This document shows positions 38,172 through 51,021 of a DNA stretch of 64,000 nt, piece by piece; the stretch's first letter is position 1, and the number at the start of each line of letters is the position of its first letter. Below the pieces are notes generated by a model that was not told the origin of the DNA, did not search any database, and was given only the letters and a program-made list of their open reading frames with translations. The stretch spans positions 41,561,803 to 41,625,802 of the forward strand of contig NC_057718.1 of the NCBI RefSeq assembly GCF_004010195.1, written 5' to 3'. This DNA is from Chiloscyllium plagiosum. Taxonomy: Eukaryota. A program made the translations under genes and the position numbers.

Positions 38172-41100
38172 GGCTCCGGCCGATGGAAGATTTTCCTGAT
38201 TTTGGTTCGCGGGGCTTCCTAGCGCTACGTCTCCCCCCCGCACACACAAACACACTCACTCACTCAACACCCCACTCCGTTCCTGGCCATCGGAGTCACA
38301 CTTGGATTGTCCAAAGCCAGCTTTCCTGGGGAGAGAGAGAGAGACTAACCCACCAAAGCCAGTGTTGAATGACTCGGCTGAAGCACACTGTAGTAACATT
38401 GTACATTAAATTATCTATAGAGTTAATGTCGACTGTCCTTCCGGGGGGATTTGATACAATTCCATCCCCTTCTCCTCCTTCCCGGTCATTCACAACAGAT
38501 AGATCGGAATATTTTTCTGTGAGGTAAGATTGCACAGTTGTTTAACCCTCCACAGTAAACGCGACAGCCACATATTGGGGGAAGGGTATGTGTGTGTTGT
38601 TACTGACACGTTTGTCTAAAAGCTTGTCCCTCTGTAGCATCGATAGATGTTTGCACCCTTCCCGATCCCCCGCCGAGTTGCCCACTTTGGAAAACCCGAC
38701 CAGCGATTTTCATTTTGTAGGAATAATGGATTGTCAGAAATTACACAGGAGATGGGGATTGGGGGTTAAAGAAAGCAGTTCGTGCTTATCACCTTAAACA
38801 TGCGTGCTGTTAAGAGTCCGTGCTGACCCCGAACCCGGTCTGATTTTTCAGTAGCCTCAAGCGCCATCACTCAGGAAAATACGCGCCCTTTTTTTTGTTG
38901 TGAGTTTCCAAAGCACGGGCACGGGATCAGAGAGATTTCCACACAAACCCACTGAAGATGAACTTCTGCTTCAAGCCAAGTGAGTCATGCTGAGAGATGA
39001 AGACTGTCAGGAAGACCTGGCTCTTCTCTCACCATCCTGTAACTTTTCCATTCAGGGACATATTACACACTCCAAGTGTTATTGTGTGAAGTTATGCACA
39101 TTTCTTGCAGATACTTCGTAAGCATTTTAACATTAAAAGGAACAGGCAACCCAATTGCTCTGTTGTCTCATTCCAAACTTATTTGACTTCTTGTAACTGA
39201 TATTTGCTCTGAAAACTAACACAAAGCACAAACTCGCCTCGGAAAACACGGGACTTGGTGAAGCAATGATCAAAATAAAAGGAATAGAAGTAGCACTAGG
39301 GCCCAGGGGACGCCACTTTAGCTGTCTTTCTTCGGAATAGCTTCATGACAGGCAATTGTAGCCACTTGAGAAACAGTCTACCTAAGTGACTCAGAAAATT
39401 AGAATAGACAGTTGGACGGGTAGCCCGGTTTCTAAACCAACAGACAGTTGGACAAATATTTCCACGTCGTAGGGGAAAATGAAGTGATTCAGACTCGGCA
39501 GCACCGCTGGAATTCTCCGACCGAAACGTGCAGTGAAGTAAAGCGCACAGGTCACACAAAGTAAATGCCAGTTCCTCCAGCAACCTCCCGCCAGCAGCTG
39601 AGGATCGGCAGCATCGCCCTGGGGTTCCCAGCATTTAACGGAACATATTAGTGCTTCTAAATCACCACTTGCTGCCAAGAGAGCAAGAAAGGGACAAATG
39701 TTTTTTGAAGCATTTTTACACATCTCTCTCGCAGCAAAAGTAACGAATTCATTGTAGTGCTGATAAAGTCTTGAAGTAGATCATAGTATCCAACTGTCAA
39801 TATTTGGATGCAGCACTAAGGCCGTGCTAATGCCGGAGTGTGAAAACTGAGTATCTACACAGGTGGATGCTCACTATCCAACAGCTGAAGACTTAACGGG
39901 GAATGAGTTATTGCAGGTGTCCTATTTCCTCCATCAACAAGCCTCACTGGCCTTTTCTCTCATTACTCTGGATTCCAGCGATCCCTCTATTTCTAACCCC
40001 ATTTCCCTCCATAACTTAATTATCGCTCGTTGCAGGTGAGCGGTTAATGGTCGCTAGGCTCTGTGAAGTGCGGTTTCTGTCTAGGATACAATGAAACATA
40101 ACAAACAGGACTCTGGGTCAACGCATCTTTATTAATTTGATATTACTTTAACCAAAATTAATTCTTCTGCGAAAATTCCAGATTTTCGACCTTTCCTTCT
40201 GAAGGGACCTGTACCCAAAATTCAGTGGAATATATGGATTTGTAATAAGATTACATTTTTTAAAAAATCTTTGGAAAACAAACAACGCTTTATTAAAGAG
40301 GCAACTCGTTCCCATATACAACATCTATTGCATTCACAGAATGAGCATTACTCTAGTTTGGTTTGTGCCAAGTAGTAAGGATGAGAGCAGGGTTCATCGG
40401 GCTGAATCACTTTTCTCTGCAGCATCACCATTCGCTTCTTCATCACTCTCTTTATCCCAGTCTTTCATTGTAGCTCCCATCATGAAGTCATCGCGTAATA
40501 TGTTCCATGCTGCACTGTCTTCTGATTTAACTTTAACCTGAAATAGACCACATAATAAAATATAATCAAAAGCACAAATGAGTATACATGATTCACTTTT
40601 TCACCAACTCGAATACTCATCTGATGTAATTTTTTTTTAACCCCCAGGTGCTGGGTCATTAGAATATTTTCTGGCACACCAGTCAGATACAGAGCATGGA
40701 TTTAATAAGCCCTTTGAAACCAGATACAATATTTCTTTTGATCTCTGAACCAAATTCCCTTCATGTGCTACATTACCTCATATGGCACAAAGCTGGCTTT
40801 AAGGAAGTTTGATTTCTGTAATATTGATCTTTACTTGGTCGAGTCAGAGGTCGTTATCGTGCTACTAATTCATTCTTTTGCGCTCGATTGGTTCAAGCGG
40901 AAGCAATCTCGTACAACATTTCCTATATTTGTCTTTAAAACTAGAGGCATCCGGCTCAGTAGTTGCAATCAGTCGAGAGTTCCCCCTCAACTCCCTTTCC
41001 TTAGGAGTTACTATTTATACAATAGCTGTGTAGAATTTTACAACTGGCTATGAGAACAGAATTCCGATATATTAAAAGGATTAAGATAGAGTTGGAGCGC

Positions 41101-44100
41101 CACTCTGAGTTCCCTCTCTGCATTACACTATTTATCCAACGACTTCATCCGCCCAGTACCTAACGCCAAGGCAAGTAAAGGGTTTTACAGTCAGTTAGAA
41201 TTCACTGCACAAACATTGACACACAGAGCTGAGTTTTGTTTTACACGAAGGTCGTATATACAAGTGTGTTTGAAAGAAGCACGAAAACTAAAAACAGCAG
41301 CTAAAGTATAACCTTGTCATTGCAAAATACTAGCTTCGAACATTCTTACCCACCTACTACTGAATCAGTAATGAAGCCTTGGTCCTTAGTCTGATCAATT
41401 TTTTTTTAAAAGTCATACTTTCGAAGCAAGGTTCAGAAGAAACCTTGAAATTGGCACCTATCAAGAGTTATATGTATTGATGTAAATTAAGAGTCAAATA
41501 AATGTCCCTTGAATTTTCCAGTCAGGATATTTGAGATGTTCCTCTGAACTTTACAAATCGACAATATCCCACTGGTACAGTCACTGCTTCGGATAATGAA
41601 CATTGGAGTCAGCATTAATATCTTCATCTTATGACAATGAATTCCATGTGATAGAGGTATGGTTTAGATTAGGTTCATTAGGATTCTGCCAAGGAATGCT
41701 AAGTTACCAGGTGGTGTCAGACTGAAATATGTTGGGGTTGTGTAAGAATTATAGCTACTGTGCAGTCAACAGGGATCTCTGTGAAAGTGTGAAATTTATA
41801 ACCACAGAAAGTCATATAGTGACTGCGCCTAGCATGTGGAAAACAAATTTCAATCATTATTGTCATTAAGGATTCAAGAACAACAAGAGCTGCAAATTTA
41901 CAAAAAAAAATCAAAATTCAAGAATGGGTTTAATATTCCAACAATCAGTTCTCTAATTATGGCTAGAGTTCAGTCATGGGCATAATCAAAATTCCAAAAT
42001 AAACAAACTTATCAAGAGGACAAATCCAAGTAGGCCCCTCCCCTACAGGCATGATCTCTTTCTCCATTATGCTTATGCTTTCACTAACAGCCCTCCAATT
42101 TCCATTGTGCCCAGATAGTGAATGACAATGGGCTCTTCTACTCCCAAAGATATCACAATCTAGTCAGATTCTGTCTTCACACAAGCACTATTAAACTGGG
42201 ATTGTGCACTATTTAAACAGGAACACAAAATTATCAAGAGCAGGAGTTATGGTGAATTTTCTACTCTATCCGAAAATTAACATCCAAGTGCTACCTTCAC
42301 GACACCCAGTGCAGATCAGAACTTCAACCTTGGACTTTTAATCATTCAGAGTTAGAAGGTAACATCTTCATTCTCTAGAATAAGGGTGCTCAGCCTCATA
42401 ATCTTTACAGATGCAGAATCCAAACCTTCTACACTTCTCCAAATCTTCCTGGTTTTGCTGGGATACCTACATGACCATAATTTTTTTTTTTAACCTGTAT
42501 TCACTATTTCCTTTTCTAGAAATTAGATCTTTGAACAATGGAATTGCAGTTCAATCATTTAAGCATCTCAATGAATATTGGCATTCAGAATATTATGAGC
42601 AGCAAGACTTGCTGTACAAGTACAGTTAAGAAGTTGCTGTCAAAGTTGCCCTACTGCTCCATAAGCTTCATTATACCAATACACCCATAGACTCAGCATT
42701 AAAATATACATATATGAAGGGTACCCACCAAATATGTTAGAGTCGAGCATTTTAATGATGCAATAAATTTAAACTGGTAGCAAAGATCTCTCTGGCTCTA
42801 AACATTTAGAACTGGGAAACTTTATCAGATTAACTGTTTAAAATGTAAAAATGTTTAAACCTTTGTGTTGCTCAATCTTGCTATTTTGCATCTGTACATC
42901 ATTTTACACTGCATTACATACTCTTAATTTACAATGCCTGATTTAGCCAGTCTCAAATAAGTGTTCTTCAATCTGATTGCTTAAAGGTATGCTGCTTTGC
43001 AACATGAATGTTACATGTTCCAGATCCACTGTGGAGAACAGCATACTGAAATGGACTTCTAATTGCTATAAGCGGTCCTGCATTAAAAAAAAAGTCAAAG
43101 GTATAGGCTGCTATCAGCGTTAGAAATGCCAGTATCATCCTTTTGCTCCTGATTTCAAAGCCAATAACCACTTATTGTTCTGAAGCAAACATTACTTTAC
43201 AGCATCAAGAAAACTTTACCTGGAATACCATAAGTTTCAGCGTTTTTTTATTTAGTGGTTGAATCTAGGCAAAACACTGAATAGAGGAAAATCTCTTTCT
43301 GGATTTCTGCCTCCTCTGTGAAATTTCAAACTCAGACCTATGTAGGAAAACCACTTGCAAGAATTTCCACCATTAAACAATTTTAAGAGTTTATTTAATG
43401 TTTTCTTTTAACAGAAGCATGTATTAAATTGCAATGTTAATTATACACACTGATCTGATGGAAGGAAAATAAGGAGAGAACACAATGAAGAAACTATGAG
43501 TGGTTTGATCTGTAGTAGCTGCCAGTTCCAGATTGCTTAGTTTGAAGGAAAAAAATGAACAACATAATTGGGTGGTTCTGCAGTGCATGCCCACTGGTAA
43601 TTGGAAAATTCCTATCTGTCAAGCAAATAGCCTTGGTTTATGATTACCTGAAAAATCCCATTAACAAATGCAAAACTTGGTTAACATTTTTTTTAAGCCA
43701 AGGATTTTCATACCGCACAACATATTTTAATTAGATTTTTCAATGACAAGAATAGTAATTTTACTGATCTCCTGCAGCATATTTTTTCCAATAGTTTAGT
43801 TTGTTTCATGGCTCGAAACTTGACATTCTTTCCTTTCTATCAGGATCTATGCCAAAACTTCATGAACAGATCAAATGCAAAACATATCAGTTGGAGTTGC
43901 TCTGATCAGCAGCCAGTTACAAGACATTTTTTTTCTTTTGCTGCTGATCGGACAGGCCGACCACTACAACTCACATTAAAACCATGTGTGAAGCCAACAA
44001 AATGGAAGAATATCTCCTATCTAGCAAAGTTTATTTCTTAACAGCTAAAGAAAGCCATAAACAACTTGCTTAAGCACAACAATCCTCAAATTTTGTTCTG

Positions 44101-44522
44101 TATTAAAATAAGTCAGTTTCTTTTAATAAAATGAAAAAAAAATGAATGGATTACTCAATGCTGCTGCTGATTAGTGAAGCTTCAAGCTTCACATTCAAAG
44201 CCACTGACTAAGCTAGATCCAGGCTCTCAGGTTGGGACAAAACTAAAATTCTACTTTTATTAGAAGTTGTATATCAAACCTGTAAATGCCAGAAATACTC
44301 AGGTCAGGTAGCATCTATGAAGAGAAACAAAGTCAATTTTGCAGATCAATGCGCTTTCACCAGTTTGAGCCACTGTTAACTGAAGGATAGGTATTCGATA
44401 TCTGTCTATAGTTGTTTTCCTACTATGTATCCAATTAGTGTTGGACTCTTCTTGAAATTAATAACTAACAAATAAACCACAACTGTATTCAATTTTGGAA
44501 TCGTTCCTTCAAGATTAGGTCA

Positions 44523-45234
44523 TGTTTTGAAGTTGAGGGTGCTCTGCAACTTTAAGGGAGCTGAAATTTTTGGCTAGCACAAAGTGTGCTGAAAATTTGA
44601 AAATGTAACATTTAGGTTGAAACACATATCTGGTTCTGTCTTGCCAGGATACAAAAACAAATTCAAAATTCGACCAGTTTAAATGATGCCCCAGATACAA
44701 AAGTCCAATCAAATTTGAATCTTACTATTTTGGATGACATCAAACCAATTAAATGATCTGATGTTTCGGGGCATAAATATCAAACATTTAAACAGTTAGC
44801 CACAGCGGCAAAGAGCTGCCAGCACCAACAAGACTGCTTGCAGAATGATCTGCTCTCTGAAAGGTACCTTTATTTATCAAAGACCTGGGATGCAGAATCC
44901 TCAAGAAGAAGAAATGACTACAGGAATACAGAAAAGAAACAAAAGCTGCCTGGTTTTGAAATAAGAAGCTTTTTTTCCCAAAAGTCTTAGTTGGGATTTT
45001 TTTTAATCGGACTAGTATTGTAGACAGGGAGGTAAAAGATAGGTTTAAGAGAAAGGAGCTGCAAATAATTAATATTCTCTGTTAGACTTAAAGAATAAAG
45101 TTGTTAATTTTTACTTTAAATAGTGACTTTTGGGATAGCTCTTTGCCTCTCGAATTTTAAGATTACAGCACCAGGTGAACCTTTTCAGTGTCGCTGGTTT
45201 AAATTAGCAGAGGGGTTTACCCCGTGTCCTAAAA
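44523..45234 (+). repeat. 5' LTR
   Basis: TGTTTTGAAGTTG...GTGTCCTAAAA; colinear with 51022-52391; AATAAA near 45094. Confidence 0.92.
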
Positions 45235-45237
45235 GTT

Positions 45238-45255
45238 TGGGGGCTCGTCCAGGAT
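45238..45255 (+). promoter_or_regulatory. Primer binding site complementary to tRNA-Pro
   Basis: TGGGGGCTCGTCCAGGAT, 17/18 match to the canonical tRNA-Pro PBS TGGGGGCTCGTCCGGGAT, 3 nt after the LTR end. Confidence 0.92.
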
Positions 45256-45444
45256 TTGAAAAGTTTGGATCTCAGATTCATGATTTGAACAGGTTTAGAC
45301 AGATTTGAATAGATTTGGAGTATGAAAAAGCAGAGTAGATTTAAACACTTGCAGATGAGTGTCTTAGATCTTTGAATAAAACATAGGTGAGACAATTTGT
45401 TTAATTTTGCTGACTTGTGGTTGAGTAAATGGAAAGCGAGAGAA

Positions 45445-46560
45445 ATGGCTCTTAAAAATGCTAAAGAAGTTCTGGGATTTGAAGATGATTCTCAAAATTT
45501 TCAAGAAAGTTTAGAAGGAAAGAAAGAAGCCATATTTTTAGAATTAGCAAAGAAGTTAGATTTGGGTTTAACCAAGGACAAAAGTAAAGCTGACATTCTA
45601 AGAGAATTACTCAAATACTTAGGTGTATCAAAGAAACAGACAAGTGCAGTAGAGGTAGAAAAAATTAAATTACAATTGAGGAAAATGGAGTTAGAAGATA
45701 AAGAAAGGGAGAGAAAAAGAGAGAGAGAGAATTTGAACTTGAGAAGTTGCGACTTAATCAGCAAAGTCAAGTTAACAGGATGGAGATTAAAAGAGAAGTT
45801 AGTCAAATATATAAATATGTCAAAGCTCTGACATATTTTGATGAGAAAGATGAAGCCTTCTTTATATCATTTGAAAAATTGGCTAGTCAAATGGAGTGGT
45901 CCAAGGATTTATAAGTAATACTAGTTCAGACTAAACTGGTAGGCAGAGCCAGTGAGGCATTAGCCTTGCTGTCAGATGAGGGGGTCAAGAGATTATGAAA
46001 TAGTCAAACAGGCTATTTTAAGTGCTTCGGAATTGGTACCAGAAACATATAGACAGCTGTTCAGAAACATAAAGGAGGAACCAGGTCATACTTATGTTGA
46101 GTTCAAAAGAATTAAACAGTCATTTTGATTAGATAGGTGCGTGCTTTAAAGATAGATAGGACCTATGAGACTCTAAGGGAGATTATTCTGCTGGAGGTGT
46201 TTAAAAACGCACTTCCAGAAATGGTAAGAATTCATATGGAGGAACAGAAAGTTCAGGAAGTGAGAAGAGCAGCAGAATTAGCAGATGAATACATGTTGTT
46301 GCATATGATAAGCTTCTGGCCAGAATCATCTTGCGAAGGAAAGAAGTTCGGAGAAGGGGAGAGATCTTACACTACAAAACACAAGAGTAGAGAACACCGG
46401 TAAGAGTTTACCACAGGTTAAAATAGAAGCTGAAAGGGTGGAAAGGAGCGACAGGCCTCAGGCCTTGCCACTTTGGTAAAGTGGGACACACAAAGTCACA
46501 GTGCTGGTCATTAAAGAAAGGTACTGGGGAAAAGATGTGGTAAAATAAGCTAAGCCAGGG
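45445..46560 (+). pseudogene. Retrotransposon gag (disrupted) with SCAN-like capsid C-terminal region and degenerate zinc knuckle
   Basis: MALKNAKEVL...; FDEKDEAFFISFEKLA; LREIILLEVFKNALPEMVRIHMEEQKVQEVRRAAELADEY; GKVGHTKSQCW near 46475-46507. Confidence 0.8.
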
Positions 46561-46699
46561 GAAATAGTGAAGGTAGTAAAGGAAACGCCAAGAAGAGCTG
46601 AGGAACTGCAGGACAGTACACAGCCTAGGCAGGGGCTGGGTATGGAATCAGTACCTGATCTTTATAATGAATTTGCCTCTGTGTATAAAGTTTACTCAG

Positions 46700-46990
46700 A
46701 AAGAACAGGGAGAAAAAGACAACTAGTTATAATTTTGACAGATACACGATCTAATCAGTCGCTGATAGGAAGAGATGAGTGAATATGCACTCTTTCTGAT
46801 CTGTTACCCAAGAGTGTGATAATTTGTAGGATAAATAAACAAAAACTTAGCATTCCCCAATGTAAGATCAGGTTGGAGTGCCAACTTAAGACTGGGGAAG
46901 TTCTGGTGGGAGTGATTGACAGTGTCAGTTCCAGGAATTCAGTTTGTTCCTGGGAATGATTTGGCAGGATCCAAGGTGGGAGTGACACCC
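46700..46990 (+). pseudogene. Retrotransposon aspartic protease remnant
   Basis: IILTDTRSNQSLI (degenerate DTG motif) at ~46729-46767; FVPGNDLAGSKV at ~46943-46978. Confidence 0.7.
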
Positions 46991-47429
46991 CTTGTTGTGG
47001 AGAAGCCCAAGGATGATCAAGAAACTGAGGAGTTAAACAGAAATATCCTGGTATTTTCCCAGACTGTGTAGTAACCAGATCCCACTATCAAAAGTCACAG
47101 CACAAAGGAAAAACTAAAGAGAGAGATGAAGGAGTTGAGGTTCAGTTAGCAGGCACTCTGTTTGATGCAATGGTGCAGGAAAATCCTGAACAGGCAGAGG
47201 GTCAGACAGAAGCATTTAGTCCTGAAAGGTTAAGGGACTTAAAACAGCAAGACAACACAATAAAAGATATATATGAAGATGCATACTCCGAAAAGGAAGC
47301 AGAGAATATTCCTGAGTGTTATTATCTGAAAGTTAGAATCCTAAGATGGAAATGGAGACCATGGCAGGTCAGTGCAGAGAGGAAATGGGCCAAAGTGCAC
47401 CAGATTGTGTAGCTGGTAGCATATAGACA

Positions 47430-48450
47430 GGAGGTGTTACGGGTAGCACATTAACTACCTGTAGGAGGTCACCTAAGGGTACGAAAGACTCAGGCTAAAG
47501 TACAAAAACATTTTTATTGGTCTGAAATGCACTAGGATGTGGTTAACATTTGCCGTAAATGTCATACATGCCAAATGGTAGGTAAGCTACAGGCGGTAAT
47601 AAAACCAACGCCTTTGTTGCCAATTCCCGCATTTGAAGAACCTTTCACACAGGTTATAATTGATCGTGTAGGTCCTCTCCCAAGAACGAAAAGTGGGAAT
47701 CAGTACTTGTTAACCATAATGGATGTATTTACCAGATTTCTGGAGGCAATTCCATTACTGAGTATCAAGGCAAAAAGGATGGGAGAGGAGTTAGTAGATT
47801 TCTTCAAACGGTATGGTCTACCCAGAGAGATTCAGTTGGACCAAAAACCAAATTTTACTGCTAGGCTGTTTGAGGTGGTTGTGGATAGCTTAGGCATACA
47901 GCACTTTAAATCCAGTGCGTATCGTCCTGAATCCCAGGGAACTTTAGAAAGGTGGCATCAGACCTTGAAGACCATGTTGAGAGCATATAGTCAGGATTAT
48001 CCAAATGATTGGGATAAAGGTATCCCCTTTGTATTGTTTGCCATTAGAGATTTCCCAAACAAATCTACTCAGTCCACTCTCTTCGAATTAATACTTGGGC
48101 ATGAAGTGAGAGTCCCTTTAAAATTAATTAAAGAAAGGTTGACAGGACCAAAGTCGGAGATCTCACACTTAGATTATGTATTGGGAGGTCAGGGAGAGAT
48201 TAAATCGAGTAGGCGAGTTAGCTAAACAGCACCTAAAGAGGCCACAGCATAGAACGATGCAGATGGCAGGTAAAAGCTCTGAGACTTAGATGTTTTCATG
48301 AGGGGATGACGTGTTAGTAAGAAGGTCGCTTCAAAGCCAGGTTTAGCAGTGCCTATCAAATTGAGAAACAGTTGAGTCAGGTGAACTATCTAGTAGAGAT
48401 TCCAGATAGGAAAAAAATAGTATCGGGTATGTCTTGTGAACATGCTGAAA
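47430..48450 (+). pseudogene. Retrotransposon integrase (disrupted)
   Basis: GGHL...KHFYW...CRKCHTCQ zinc-binding region; VIIDRVGPLP, IQLDQKPNF, ESQGTLERWHQTLK (DDE core) in ORF 47539-48225. Confidence 0.92.
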
Positions 48451-48517
48451 CCGTATTATACTGGAGAAACAGGCATTAGTTACTGCCCCGCAGAGTGAGG
48501 AATCAAATCCAGATGGT

Positions 48518-49548
48518 GTGGATTTTGATGTGCCTCATAATAGATTAAAAAATGAAAAAGTCCTTGAGAAGTGGGATATTTTAGTAAACATGTCTCAGGA
48601 GCATAGAATGCAGTTGAAAGATTTGTTACTGCAGTATAAGGACATATGTAAGGATCAGCCGGTAAGACTAATACATGAAGTGGACGGAGGGAATGCTGCT
48701 CCAGTAAAACAACACCCCTACTGGCTTAATCCTTTCAAAACCAGACAGGTCCAGGAGGAGGTGGAGGCCATGCTCGACGAGGATATCATTGAACCGAGCC
48801 ACAGCAAGTGGAGTTCGCTGATCATCTTAGTTCCCAAATCAGATGGGACGCAACAATTCAGCATGGATTATCGTAAGGTCAACACCGTTACAAAATAGGA
48901 CACATATCCAATTCTGAGATTGGAGGTTTGTATTGAGAAAGTTGGACACGCCAGTTACATCACCAAGTTGGACTTATTGTGTGGTACCTTTATCAGAGAC
49001 AACAAAATAAATTTCTGCGTTTGTAACCCCCAAATGAGCTATATCAATTTAAAGTGAGGCCCTTTGGAATGAAGAATGCACCTGACACATTCCAAAGACT
49101 CACGAACAGAGTTGTGGCGGGGTTAACAAACTGTGCAGTCTATTTGGACGATGTAGTGATCTTTAGTAAGTCCTGGAAAGGTCACATGGTACAATTGGTG
49201 GAACTCTTTGAACGACTATGAGAAGCAAAACTGATGATAAACTAAATTCACAAAAGCAGAGTTGATGTTCTTGCAACATAACATTGATCATGGAAGGTTG
49301 ACCTCACAGAATGCAAAGACGAAGGCCATCAAGGAATTTCCATGACCAACCTCAAAGAAAGAGGTACTTCGATTCTTAGCACTCAGCGGATTCTATCGAA
49401 GTTTGTTCCAAACCTCAGCAGTGTAGTGGCAGTTAATTGATTTGCTGAAGAACACAGTTTCGGTGGACAGAACAATGCCAGGAGGAATTTGACCATACGA
49501 AAGCAACTTTAACCACTGCACCAGTTTTAGCTATACCTTTTAAAGTTG
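48518..49548 (+). pseudogene. Retrotransposon reverse transcriptase (disrupted)
   Basis: PVKQHPY, WSSLIILVPKSDG, DYRKVN, PFGMKNAP; YLDD at 49141-49152. Confidence 0.92.
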
Positions 49549-50523
49549 TGTAACGACATGAGTAAAACTCCCTGCTTAATTTAAACCAGCAACACAGAAA
49601 AGAAATAACTAAGTATGCTGAGCAAAAGCTATCCTGAATGATTTAAAAGGCATGGTGAAGGTGGGCGCCCCATTTTGCCTGAGTCTTAGGCAAAGCGCTG
49701 CAGGCTCAGACTTACTGGGTCGCCGCCATCTTGGATCTCCCCATTCACTAGTTTTACTGGCTTTTCCTTCTGGGTTAGGAGGTGAATGCTTTACGTGCAA
49801 CTCTGTAAACAAATGTAAATAACCTTGTGTATAGTGTTCTATCAGCTCCAGACTGGCCCCAGTACTCTGTGCAGTAATCTGTGAAAATTCGAGGGGCCAA
49901 AGGTCACTATTTAATGTAAAAATAAACAACTTTATTTCTGAAAGTATAACAGAGAATAATTAACTAACAACTATTTACACTCCTTTCTCTAACCTATCTT
50001 TTACTTTCCCCTTTCACAATACTAATCGGATAAAACTCCCGATTAAGATTTACCAAAAATTTCGAATTTCAATACCAGTCAGCAGTCGAATCTTCTCTTT
50101 GTATCTTCCTCTGTCTTCTTTTCTTCTTCTTAGGGATTATGTTTCACAGGTCACAGATCGATAAAGATACCTTTAAGAGAGCTATTCTGCGAGCGGTCTG
50201 CACGTATTGGCGGCTTGGCAGTTCTCCACCAACTGTTTAATTTTTCCCGGTCTTATACCCCCAAAGCATTAGGTTGTGTCATTGGCTTTTAATACTGGCA
50301 ATATACTAAATTCAAACTTGACTGGAGTTTACTATTTTTTGGAGTATAATTTAAACTGATCGGCCTAATTTGAATGTGTTTTTTTTGTCTCCAGGCAACC
50401 AATTACGCTAGCTGCTGGACCAAAAGGTTACATTGTATCTTTTTCAGAACACTTGGTGCTGTCAGGTAGTTCTGCTAGCGTCTAATTTTCTTAAAGGTAC
50501 GGTACACCCACATCTTCATAATA
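49549..50523 (-). mobile_element. Solo LTR of a related family, inserted in inverted orientation into the host pol
   Basis: Both ends are reverse complements of the host LTR ends; 4-bp TSD GTTG (49545-49548 / 50524-50527); removing it restores PFKVVIDARDTEVGAVLLQ. Confidence 0.9.
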
Positions 50524-50870
50524 GTTGTCATTGATGCTCGTGACACAGAAGTTGGAGCTGTACTGCTACAGGAAGATGATGATAGGATTGAACTGCCAGT
50601 TAGTTACTTTTCGAAGAAACTCAACATCCACCAGAGGAAATCCTCCATGATCAAAAAAGAACTATTGAGTTTGGTACTGGCCTTACAACATTTTAATGTG
50701 AACATCACGAACAATGTATTAGAGACGGTTGTGTACACAGATCACAATCCTCTGACATTCTTAGAACACTTTAAAGACAAGAATAGGAGACTATTTTGTT
50801 GGAGTCTTATGTTAGATTTTAATTTAAAAATCGTACATGTTGCAGATCGTAAAAATGTAATCTCAGATGC
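50524..50870 (+). pseudogene. Retrotransposon RNase H (disrupted)
   Basis: IDARDTEVGAVLLQ, PVSYFSKKL, KKELLSLVLALQHF, VYTDHNPL, KNVISDA. Confidence 0.9.
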
Positions 50871-51021
50871 ATGTTTTTTATATATATTATACATACACAC
50901 ACACACAAAGAAGTTATAGTGAACTTAGATTAAAGTTATGTTATGGTAATGTGTTTAAATAATAGAAAAGAAATGAAGCCACCTTTTCATTGTGATGATT
51001 CACTTTTTCTTAAGGGGGAAG

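Larger units (their letters stand above)
34300..40200. promoter_or_regulatory. CpG-enriched, largely repeat-free region around TGFB2 promoter/exon 1
   Basis: Visibly higher CpG density than the CpG-depleted flanks; boundaries approximate, not computed. Confidence 0.6.
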
